Source: Fonticula alba ATCC 38817
Lineage: Eukaryota > Protista > Nucleariida
DNA length: 52,806 nucleotides
Direction: 5' to 3' (one strand)
NCBI GenBank assembly: GCA_000388065.2
Contig: KB932206.1
Shown: piece by piece, positions 1 through 9,163 of the stretch
Layout of the letters: the number at the start of each line of letters is the position of its first letter
How positions within the stretch are numbered: the first letter of the stretch is position 1
Made by a program: the position numbers and the translations under genes
The notes under the pieces: generated by a model
Databases searched by the model: none
The model's input: only the letters and a program-made list of their open reading frames with translations
Told to the model about the DNA's origin: nothing

Positions 1-1077
1 GCAGGCGCCGACACAGGCGCCCGCCTGGAGCAACTTGCCCTCGGGGCAGGTGGTGCAAGCATCGGCGGTGCCGGCGCACGTGGCGCAGGATTCGTCGCAG
101 GGCTGGCAGTGGCCCGACTGGGGGAAGTGCCCGGCCGAGCAGGCGCTGACACAGGCGCCCGCCTGGAGGACCTGGCCCGTGGGACAGGCGGTGCAATTGT
201 CCGACGCGTTGGCGCACGCGGCACATTTGGCGCTGCACCGCCTGCAGTTGCCCTCTTCGGGGTAGTAGCTGGTCGGGCACTGTGCCACACAGGCGGCGTC
301 ATGGCGGAGGTAGTCACTCTGGCAGGCGGAGCAGGTTGTGGGGCTGGAGCAAGCGGCGCAATGGTCCCCGCATGACTGGCAGCGGGAGCCGGTGGAGTAG
401 AAGCCGCCCGGACACTCCACCACGCACTGGCCCTGGTGCTGCAGGTAGAAGGATGCGCAGGTGTCGCAGGTGTCGGGGCCGAAGCATATCCGGCAGTTGT
501 CGATGCATCGGTGGCAGGTGTCATTGGCCAGGTAGTAGGAGGTGTTGCACTGCTGGCAGGAGGTGGGCGAGGTGCATTGGAAGCAGTGTTCCGGGCAGGG
601 CTGGTAAGCTGCGGCCACCGGGGCATGCCCGGTGTGGGACTCAAGGCGGGCGCTTGGGTGTTGCTCGTGCGTGCGGCCCGGCGGTTGGCGCACGGCCAAC
701 CCCGGGCCCGGGGCGCAAGACACCCTCCGGCCGAAGGTGGGGACCATGCCGGGCGGGCAGGCGAGGCAGCCGTGGGGGTCGCACTGGTGGGGGCAGGCGT
801 CCGGGCAGGTGGCCGGCGGGTCCCGGGCGTCCCAGCTGAAGGGCAGGCCGTGGCGCAGGGCGGCCACCATGCGCCAGTCGCCGCCGGCCGCGTGGAGGGC
901 CCGGGCCACGGCCTGGGCCTCGGCCCGGGAGAGCCGGGCCACCGCGGCGGCGGTCAGTGGGCCCGGCAGCGGCGGGCCGGGGTCCCGGCCCGGCAGGGCC
1001 GAGGCACGGGGTGCCAGGAGCAGGCCGGCCAGCAGCACGACGGCCAGCAGCAGTGTCAGGGCCGTCGGGCGGGGCAT
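1..1077 (-). CDS. Secreted/surface furin-like (CXXC) cysteine-rich repeat protein, 5' part; runs off the left window edge
   Basis: Manual translation from ATG at 1077 is open to position 1 (359 codons). Signal peptide MPRPTALTLLLAVVLLAGLLLAPRASA, then repeated CxxC...CxxC...C units (PCPEHCFQCTSPTSCQQC, RCIDNCRICFGPDTCDTC, PCDESCATCAGTADACTTC). Absent from the ORF track because there is no stop in the window. Confidence 0.9.
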   Translation of the reverse strand, partial: MPRPTALTLLLAVVLLAGLLLAPRASALPGRDPGPPLPGPLTAAAVARLSRAEAQAVARALHAAGGDWRMVAALRHGLPFSWDARDPPATCPDACPHQCDPHGCLACPPGMVPTFGRRVSCAPGPGLAVRQPPGRTHEQHPSARLESHTGHAPVAAAYQPCPEHCFQCTSPTSCQQCNTSYYLANDTCHRCIDNCRICFGPDTCDTCASFYLQHQGQCVVECPGGFYSTGSRCQSCGDHCAACSSPTTCSACQSDYLRHDAACVAQCPTSYYPEEGNCRRCSAKCAACANASDNCTACPTGQVLQAGACVSACSAGHFPQSGHCQPCDESCATCAGTADACTTCPEGKLLQAGACVGAC

Positions 1078-1219
1078 GGCGGCTCTGTGGTGCGGCAGGG
1101 GGGGGGGTGTCCGTGCGAGGGGGCGTCAGGGTCGGGCGGGCTGGGGAAAAGTGGGATGCCGGCGCTGGTCGGGGCTGCCGTTGGGAAGCTGGCCGAAGAG
1201 TAGGCCCGTGGCCAGGGGA

Positions 1220-1247
1220 GTGTGTGTGTGTGTGTGTGTGTGTGTGT
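1220..1247. repeat. (TG)n microsatellite
   Basis: Direct reading of the sequence. Confidence 0.95.
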
Positions 1248-2120
1248 CTTTGCGGGGCTTAGAAGGCCGAGTGTCTGGGGGCCTGGGTGTCTGCATGTTT
1301 GGGTGTGTCTGGCGGCCGGGGAGCCGTACACCGCGGGCCGCCCGCCATGGATCGCAAACCGCCGGCCGGCAGCCAGGGACACAGAAACCCCCCGACCGGG
1401 GGGTGTTCGGTGCGGCAGGGCGGTTGCCGGGAGCCGGACCCCCGGGGATAGTGGGATACCGGAGCGGGGCCCCGCGGCGGCGATCGCAGAGGATGGCCTG
1501 CGCGAAATACCGGCCGAGGGGGAGTTTGCCCGGGCCGGCGTGCGGTGCATGACGTGCGCGGGCGGCTGTTCGCACGGAGGCCGTGCGCAAGTCACAGCAT
1601 CCCGGGCCCCGCGCCCGACACATGGGGCAGCCCGGGCGGGGGTGGGCCCGCTGCGGCAGGTGGCCCGTTGGCGGGTGCCGCCCGGCTGCCGGGCATTCCG
1701 CCGCCCGCCCAGCGCCGGCGCGAGGGGGCGAGGGGGGCCTGCCCGGCGGCAGGGTGGGCTGAGAGGGGGATCTGGCTGTGGGGGCCGGGTCCGCGCCGGG
1801 CGGGTCTGCTGCCGGCATGGCGACGGTCGTGCGGAGGGGGGAGGGGGGGGTAGCCGGCCGGTCGGCCGCCGCCTCCCTCCGGGCGAGAGTTGGCAACACG
1901 AAGCTCGGCCGCCACAATGGAGCATGCCTTTGGCATGGTGTATACGTGGGCGGCCCTGCGGCTGGTCTGGCGGCGCCCATGCGGCTGGTCGCGCGGCCAC
2001 GGCACACACTCCATGGAGGGCGGGGCCGGCCGGGCCCGGCTCCCGGGCCGGGGCGACTGGCCTGTCGGGGCGTCCGTGGGTCGTGTCTTGTGTGTGTGTG
2101 TGTGTGTGTGTGGGGGGGGG

Positions 2121-2320
2121 NNNNNNNNNNNNNNNNNNNNNNNNNNNNNNNNNNNNNNNNNNNNNNNNNNNNNNNNNNNNNNNNNNNNNNNNNNNNNNNN
2201 NNNNNNNNNNNNNNNNNNNNNNNNNNNNNNNNNNNNNNNNNNNNNNNNNNNNNNNNNNNNNNNNNNNNNNNNNNNNNNNNNNNNNNNNNNNNNNNNNNNN
2301 NNNNNNNNNNNNNNNNNNNN
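2121..2320. other. Assembly gap (N run). Further gaps at 9623-9883, 14153-14162, 15367-15376, 20912-21385, 23667-24201, 28935-28990, 30054-30533 and 40560-40569
   Basis: N characters in the sequence; most gaps abut homopolymer or dinucleotide tracts. Confidence 0.99.
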
Positions 2321-3440
2321 GGGCGCAGGTGGCCGGCCGAGCCGGGGGGGCGTGCCAGGTGGAGCGCGCGCGGGCGCGCGGGCGCGCCCTCCGTCAGCCG
2401 GCCGGTTCCCAGGACGGGAGGGGGCGTGCTGTGTGTGGGGCGCCGGCGGGGCGCGGTTGGCCGCAGACAGGCGTGTGCCTGCCTAATTGGGGGCACCGGC
2501 GCCTCGCATGCCTGCATTGGGACCGCGGGACGGGCACTGAGGCGCTCCCGTTCTGTGGCGCCCAAGAGGCCGACATCCCTCGGGGGAAGGGGCGCCCGGA
2601 GGACGCCTGCCAGGACGGGGTTCCATTTGGGATGTTCCCCCCCCCGGCAGGTGCCTGGTTGGCGCGGCCCCGGCGCCGTGCATGTGCCACCGGTCGCGCC
2701 CCACCGGGGGGGGGAGGGGGGCGGCGGCAGCACAGGAGTGGTTGCCGGCCTCGGGGTCCCCCGCGAGCGTGCCACTTTCGGGCTGGCGGGTGATTTGGGC
2801 CGATCACAGAGAAAAGCAAGGTCGTTCACGTGTTCCGCCGGGGACTCCAGAACCACCAGCCTCCCATTGGCCGGTTGGCTTGGGGCGGTGCTGGCCCGGT
2901 GGCGGCATGCCAACGCGGGGCCCGGGCGAGGGGCATATGCAGGAGAGGGGGCCTCGGTGTGCGCGCCGCGGCAGGCGGTGGTGCTGGGCTTCATTTTTTT
3001 TTCTTTCGAGCGGAGCCGAGCATGCAGCAGGCCTCCTTCGCCCCTCCTTGGCCCCGTGTGCTGCCGGGGTGGTGTCGGGGAGGGCCTTGCACTGACGACG
3101 AGCGTGCTCGAGGGCGGCGGCCCGGGACGTCGATGCGGTGGCCCCTGCCGGGGCGAGTGGAGGCCCGGACACGCGGGGCGATCTGACGCGGCTGTGTATG
3201 CGGCAGGGGGAGAGATGCATGACGAGATGCAGAGATGCATGCAGGGGCGCATGCAACTGGAGAAGCAGTGGCAAAGACAGATGCAGAAACAAATACAGAG
3301 ACACATGCGGTCAATATAGAGAAAAGGGTGGCCATGCATCCGGCTCATGGTGGCCCGAAGCCGGGCGCGGCACGGGCGCCCTTCCTAAGGCCGTCCGGCG
3401 CCGGGGCCGGTGAGGGAGGCCCGTCCGGCACACGAGGAGA

Positions 3441-3446
<6 letters not shown>

Positions 3447-3500
<54 letters not shown>
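3447..3500. repeat. (AC)n microsatellite
   Basis: Direct reading. Confidence 0.95.
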
Positions 3501-3503
<3 letters not shown>

Positions 3504-3556
3504 TCGGCCATGGCCCTGCCGGCGCCGGGGCTGCGGCGGGCGCTGGCCGGCCGGCC

Positions 3557-3846
3557 GCGTGGTGGCACGGCAGCACCCACACCCGGGCGCCGGACCGCCC
3601 GGGGCTGGAGACATCGCCGGGCCGGCGGCCAGTCAAGGTGTCCTGGAAGGGCGCCTCCAAGGTGGAGGTGTTCGACCAGCGCGACCGGGTGGACCTCCCG
3701 CCGGAGTACCGTCAGGGGCCCTTCTTCGGGCCGGTGCCCCCACGGCCAGGGTGAGCAGCCCGCGCGCCGGGGCCGACATGATGGTCGCCAGCCGGCTGAT
3801 GGTGCGGGCGGCGGCCGGGACCCGGCGGCGGTGGCCAGCTGCCCGG

Positions 3847-3912
<66 letters not shown>

Positions 3913-3994
3913 TGTGGTGCTGGTGCGGGCGGGCGGGCGGGTGTGGGTGCTGCCGTGCCACCACGCAGTCGGGTGTGGGTGCTGCCGTGCCACC
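3557..3994. repeat. Perfect 29-bp inverted repeat (3557-3585 / 3938-3966) plus a third 25-bp tandem copy (3970-3994)
   Basis: GCGTGGTGGCACGGCAGCACCCACACCCG at 3557 is the exact reverse complement of CGGGTGTGGGTGCTGCCGTGCCACCACGC at 3938. CGGGTGTGGGTGCTGCCGTGCCACC recurs at 3970. Confidence 0.92.
3850..3911. repeat. Poly-G homopolymer (62 nt as assembled)
   Basis: Direct reading; the length may be unreliable. Confidence 0.9.
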
Positions 3995-4190
3995 TCCAGA
4001 CCAGCCAGGCGTCCGTCCGGCGTGGGCTGCTGGCGGGCGGATGTCAGCCCGGCGGCCGGTGGTCATATGCACGGCGGCCTGGTCGAGTCGGACCCGGGCC
4101 GCCCCGGAGGGCCCGGTGCTGTCGCAGCCGGGTTTCTGCGAAAGCCCGGGCCCGGCGCACTGGCGCCTGGGGATGGCCCGCCCGAGGGGG

Positions 4191-4253
4191 ACCTTCTGGC
4201 CGGAGTGCCAGCAGTGCCACCCGGCGTGCGAGGCGGCATGCCCCGGCCCGGGG
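4191..4253 (+). pseudogene. Isolated furin-like Cys-rich repeat fragment
   Basis: TFWPECQQCHPACEAACPGPG resembles RCEQCHPACDQCTGP in the 11685 gene, but has no surrounding repeats or signal peptide. Confidence 0.45.
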
Positions 4254-5702
4254 GCCGTGCTCGACGGGGCTGCAGCTGGCGGGGGGTGGCCGGTGCCGGG
4301 CGGCATGCGGGGCGAGCGGCCACCGCCCGGACCCGGTGGCCGGGGGCCAGCTGGTGCGCATGGCATGCCGGGCCCGCGCGCGAGCTGCCAATAGAACGGC
4401 CATGGCGCCCTGTGCGAGCTCCGGCGAGGCGGGCGGCGCTCACTGGGGCGAGGGGTGCTGCCTCGAGGGCCGGGCGGCTGGCTGCCGGCGCCGCGGCACA
4501 GGCCGGGGACCTGGCGGCGGAGGCCATGGGCGGCTGCCGCGGCGACGGCGTCATCCATGCGCAGGGGGGAAGACAGGCAGGCATGGGGGCCGGGTGTCTG
4601 TGTCGGAGACGGTGTGTGTGTGTGTGTGTGTGTGTGCCCCTGGTCCTGGGGCTGGGCGCATCCGTCGGGATGCTGTGTGATCGGGTGGTGAAGCGGGGCC
4701 AGCTGGGCGAGTCGGGCCTTTGGAGGCGCAAGTGGGGGCCGGTGGGCGCGGCAAGTGGCGCCGAGCGCCAGACCACCCGCCCCCCTGGCCAGGTGGCGGC
4801 AGAGCAGTTGGGAGACAGGAGCGAGGGGGAGCACGACGAAGGGCAGCCCGGGTGGCCCGGCCGTCGGCGGTGGTGCGCGGCCCCGAGGCCGGGCGAAATG
4901 AGGGCCTGCGGGCCGGCACGGTGCGGATGTGCCCCGGAGGGCCCGGGGAGCGGGCGGCCCAGCGGTCCGGACTTGAGCTCCCAGTGGCCGGGCCACAGCA
5001 TATACGCCAAGAGAGAAGACGGCCGCCCGGAGGGAGCAGGAGGGCAGGGCCGCGCAGCTGGCGCCCCGGCTGGTGGCTGGGCGGACGCGAGGGGCGCCCC
5101 CGCCATGGCGGCCGGTGTGGGGGAGGGCGAGCGCCGGCACGGCTCCGGCCCGGCCGGGCGCAGATCGGCGAACGGCCCACACCGACGCGTCTGGATCTCC
5201 CGCGTCAAGACAGGGAGATCCATCCAACGGCAGATGTGCATGCAAAGGCAGCCTCACCGACGCGCTGGTACAAACGAACGGAGGGGCATGCGCGCACGAA
5301 AAGAGGCATGCACAGGCGCACGCGCACGCGTCGAAACGAAGAAGGCCCGGCTGCCGCGCCCGGGCGGGGCGCCAACACCCCGGCCGGCCGTACGTTGGCA
5401 TTGGCCGGCATGAAACGCACCCCGGCCGGGAGACCGCCCACCAACCATGGCCACGACCCGGCCGCGGGGGCATTCTGGCGCCCGGACCGCAGGCAGTCAC
5501 GCCCCCCCCCCCCCCCCCCCCCCCCCCCGGGGGCTGCCGGGGGACGCAAGCCAGCACCCGGTGGAGGGGGGAAAGAAACAAAAGAAGGCCCAACAAAATA
5601 GCAGCCGAGGGGTGTGCGTGCGTCTATTGGGAGCGAGGGGGGCCGACAAGGAGCCAGGGGAACGGGGCCGGGGAGGGAAGAAAAAAGGAGCGAGGCAGGA
5701 CC

Positions 5703-6896
5703 CTAGTTGAAGGGGGCAAAGACCATGCGGTTGGGCGAGCCGCGGGGGTCCTTGACGACGTTGGGGGTGGCATTGCGGAGGAGGGTGTTCTTGAGGGAGG
5801 CCGGGGTCAGGGCGCCGCCCTGGCCGAGGGCGAGGGCCGCCACGCCGGCCACATGGGGCGCGGCCATGGAGGTGCCGGACAGGGTGGCCGTGGCGGTGGT
5901 GGAGCCGATCCAGGTGGAGGTGATGGCCACGCCGGGGGCGAAGATGTCCACGCAGGAGCCCCAGTTGGAGAAGGAGGCGCGGTTGTCGTACTTGTCGGTG
6001 GCGGCGACCGTGATGGCGGAGGACACCCGGGCCGGGGAGCTGAGGCAGGCATCGCGGTTGCTGTTGCCGGCGGCGGCGATGACCGCGACGCCGGCATTGA
6101 TGGCGGCCGCGACCGCCTCATCGAGGGCGGCGTAGGCCTCGCTCTCGAGCGACATGGAGGCGATGGTCTTCTTGCGGAAGGCCTGCTTGTGGCGCTCGGC
6201 CACCCAGGCCACGCCGGCGATGACGTTGGACATGACGCCGGCGCCGCTGGTGCCCAGCACCCGGACGCTGATGAGGGCCGCGTTCTTGGCCACGCCCCAG
6301 GTGTAGCTGCCGATGGTGCCGGCGCAGTGGGTGCCGTGGCCGTTGTCGTCATTGGCATTGCCATTGTTGTCGTGGAAGTTGTACCCGTGGGAGGCGTGGC
6401 CGCCGAAGTCGATGTGCGCATGGTTGATGCCGGTGTCCAGGACATAGACATTGACCCCGGACCCGCCGTGGTTGTAGTAGGAGAACTGCGTGTCCAGGGG
6501 GATGTTGCGCTGGTCCACGCGGTCCAGGCCCCAGGGGGCGTTGGGCTGGGTGATGGCCCCGACGCGGACCACCTGGTCCGGCTCGACGTACTGCACGAGG
6601 TCGGGCCGGGTGCGGACCCGGCGCAGCATGCCGGCCGTCATGCGCCCGGACACGGCCTTGAACTGGCTGCCGATGTGGACAAAGCGCCCGATGTCCAGGG
6701 AGTCGGCGAAGACCCGGGCCTCGGCCACCGAGATGTCCGGGCGGAAGACCACCACATACTGGTCGGGGATGGTCTCGGCGTCGGCGTTGTGGATCAGCGG
6801 CACGGGCAGGTGCTCCGGCTCGGCGTCGTGGTGGACGTTGGCCATGGTGGCGGTGGCGAGCAGGGCCAGGATGAGGAGGGAGTAGAAGGGCTTCAT
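5703..6896 (-). CDS. Secreted subtilisin-like serine protease (S8A, proteinase K/aqualysin type) with I9 propeptide, 397 aa
   Basis: Signal peptide MKPFYSLLILALLATATMA; I9-like propeptide (IPDQYVVVF...VQYVEPDQVV); catalytic motifs VYVLDTGI (Asp), HGTHCAGTI (His), GTSMAAPHVAG (Ser); oxyanion-hole AAAGN; single intronless ORF. Confidence 0.97.
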   Translation of the reverse strand: MKPFYSLLILALLATATMANVHHDAEPEHLPVPLIHNADAETIPDQYVVVFRPDISVAEARVFADSLDIGRFVHIGSQFKAVSGRMTAGMLRRVRTRPDLVQYVEPDQVVRVGAITQPNAPWGLDRVDQRNIPLDTQFSYYNHGGSGVNVYVLDTGINHAHIDFGGHASHGYNFHDNNGNANDDNGHGTHCAGTIGSYTWGVAKNAALISVRVLGTSGAGVMSNVIAGVAWVAERHKQAFRKKTIASMSLESEAYAALDEAVAAAINAGVAVIAAAGNSNRDACLSSPARVSSAITVAATDKYDNRASFSNWGSCVDIFAPGVAITSTWIGSTTATATLSGTSMAAPHVAGVAALALGQGGALTPASLKNTLLRNATPNVVKDPRGSPNRMVFAPFN

Positions 6897-7000
6897 GGCT
6901 GGCAGGCGGGGTGTGTGTGTGGGGGGGGGATTGGGATGGATGCCTTGCCCTGGGCCTGGAGGGGGGAGGGGCGCCGGGGTGCCTCTTGAGGCGGGTGTGT

Positions 7001-7146
7001 CGCCTGTTGGTGCGTCTGTTGGGGCGGGTGTGTTGCCTGTTGGCCCGCCCGCCGGTCCGTCTGCTGGCCCGCCTCTGTTGGCCCGCCTCTGTTGGCCCGC
7101 CTGTTGGCCCGCTCACCGCCGACCCGCTCACCGCCGACCCGCCCGC
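7001..7146. repeat. Degenerate minisatellite: CTGTTGGCCCGC(CT) units, then CCCGCTCACCGCCGA twice, upstream of the subtilisin gene
   Basis: Several near-identical 12-14 nt units seen directly. Confidence 0.75.
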
Positions 7147-7580
7147 CACTGACCGCCCGGTCTGCCGAGGGGCCGACCCCTGTGCGGCTCCCCGACGCTG
7201 GCCGGCGGCCGTGGAGAGGGGCACGGGGCGCGGTCACCCGGGCAGGCGCCAGGGAGCACATGTGTGGAAGCTTGGCGGCGACACGCGCGGCGAGTGCCAA
7301 CACGGCCAGGTAGCCTGGGATGCGGCCGGGCCCTTGGGGTGAAATGAAAACAGGGCACCCACCAAGGCGAGGCCCACTTCGGGGGGCCGCTTTCTTTGTT
7401 GTGACTTGGAATGCGACCCCGCGCGGAGTCGATCGCATGGATCGCGTTGGCGGGCGCGGAAACACCATTTCCGGATCAGGCGGCGTGCGCCTGACGGGGG
7501 CCAGGCTGGCGTGACCGGCGCGCGTCGGGGGAATATGTTCGCGGAATGTACTTGGGGCGATTCGGCGTGCGGCATTCCAG

Positions 7581-7662
7581 ATCACCGTGTCCGAGTGGTT
7601 AAGGAGTCCGATTAGAAATCGGATGGGCTCTGCCCGCGTAGGTTCAAATCCTGCCGGTGATG
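7581..7662 (+). tRNA. tRNA-Ser (AGA)
   Basis: Acceptor ATCACCG/CGGTGAT plus G73; anticodon arm TCCGA-TTAGAAA-TCGGA; long variable arm GGGCTCTGCCC; T arm with GGTTCAAATCC; T7 pol III terminator at 7671-7677; 82 nt. Confidence 0.96.
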
Positions 7663-8045
7663 CATCTCCCTTTTTTTGGCCCGGGGCCGGCGTGCTTTTG
7701 CGGCCGCGCGAAAAAGCAAAGAGGCGGAGTGGCTGCGCGGTGGTGGAGGAGAGAGGGCGCGCGCTCGCTTGCGGCGGGGGAAAGCGGCCGGCACGGGGCG
7801 GGGGAGGGGAGGAGGCCAAAGGCGGAGGACTCCACCGGGAGCCGGCGTACACCCCCGCCGGGGCGGCGGAGGTCGGCGGAGGTCGGCGGCGGCGGCGGCG
7901 GCTCCCGTCCATGCGCGTGCGTGTGCATGCGTGCATCGCGCGGGGACTACTCTCTGCGCTGCCAAGGCCCTTCCACGCGCCGGCGGCGGAGCGGCTAAAC
8001 GGCCGGACGCGCCGCCTTTGGGCGGGGGGGAGCAAAAGGGCAAGC

Positions 8046-8119
8046 TGGCCCCAGCCAGGATCGAACTGACGACCTTCGCGTTATTAGCACGACGCTCTAA
8101 CCAACTGAGCTATGGGGCC
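8046..8119 (-). tRNA. tRNA-Ile (AAT)
   Basis: Reverse complement GGCCCCATAGCTCAGTTGGTTAGAGCGTCGTGCTAATAACGCGAAGGTCGTCAGTTCGATCCTGGCTGGGGCCA folds as a cloverleaf; TTTT downstream. Confidence 0.96.
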
Positions 8120-8283
8120 CGGATGTAGGCCACGGCGAGGCGGGGCGCCTTAAGAGGTCACGGAGAGGGGAGGGGCCTTGAGCAGTCTGGCGGCGAGGAG
8201 ACGCCGGCGTCGGCCCGTGCTGGTTGGGGGAGGCGCACGCCGGGGCCAGGGATCCTGTAGCGCTGGCGCGGGTGCTGCGCCAT

Positions 8284-8357
8284 GGCCGCGTAGCTCAATT
8301 GGATAGAGCACCTGACTACGGATCAGGAGGTTGTGTGTTCGAGCCGCATCGTGGTCA
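8284..8357 (+). tRNA. tRNA-Arg (ACG)
   Basis: GGCCGCG/CGTGGTC acceptor, CCTGA-CTACGGA-TCAGG anticodon arm, GTTCGAGCC T loop, T5 terminator just downstream. Confidence 0.95.
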
Positions 8358-9095
8358 GCGTTCATTTTTGGCTCCCCGACCGGGAGAGGGGTGCGTGTGT
8401 GGCTGGCCTTTTTGCTCTCGGGGTGCCGCCAGGGGGGGTGGAAGGGCGTCGGCAGCGCAGGCCCCCCCCCCCCCCCGGGGGCCGTCCGGCGCAGGGGCGG
8501 CAGGATCAGCCGCACCGGGGGGGCGGGGGAGGGGGCCATCGGCGCGGTCCCCGGCCGCATTTGCCCCTCCGCGGCTGTGGTCTCCCCCGTGCGCGCGGGG
8601 GTGCGCCTCCTGCTGCGCGACCGCGGGCCGGCGGAGGGGAGGGAGAAAGCCCGCGATGGACGCGTGCCGCGCGCCGCGCGCATGCCCGGACCCCCGGCTG
8701 GCCAATGTCAGATGGCGCTGCCGCGACCGGGCCCGGGGGGGGGGGGGGGGAGCGACGGCCAGGGCTGCCGGCATGCAAGCGGCGCGTGTCTCAGCCGGGC
8801 ACTTGACGCATGGGTGCCGGGCGGCCGCACATGGCGCGACCACGAGGCGGTGGCTCCGAGAGCAGAGCGCCTGCCAGCAAGCGGTGTGGGAGCAGTGCCA
8901 GGCAGGGAGGCGCCAGGGCCAGGGGGCCGGGGCGCGCGCTCGAAGGCAGACGCGAGGGCCTGCTCGGCGGGGCAGTGGTGCGGATGGCGGAGGGAGGGAG
9001 GCGAGGCTGCGGCGGCATGGGGGTGCTGGCCGGGAGTGGGGCTTTTTTTTTTGCGAGCACCGATCGCCTCGAGCATCCGTGTCCGATGCTCGCCT

Positions 9096-9097
<2 letters not shown>

Positions 9098-9162
<65 letters not shown>
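9098..9162. repeat. (GT)n microsatellite
   Basis: Direct reading. Confidence 0.95.

Positions 9163-9163
<1 letters not shown>

Noticed and set aside
1100-5600. Many 300-760-aa ORFs rich in R/G/P/A with HTHT, VCVC or poly-G/P runs
   Set aside because: Expected in extremely GC-rich DNA where stops are rare; they read through microsatellites and N gaps and lack domains. The same holds for 8.4-11.6, 16-21, 24-29 and 38-45 kb.
5073-6989. 638-aa plus-strand ORF and other ORFs overlapping the subtilisin
   Set aside because: Antisense shadows of a GC3-rich real gene; the same applies to 11634-14000 (-) and 21461-22651, 21957-24323 (-).
7001-7146. Repeat array as a possible CRISPR
   Set aside because: Units are adjacent without unique spacers, are 12-15 nt, and the context is eukaryotic; it is a minisatellite.
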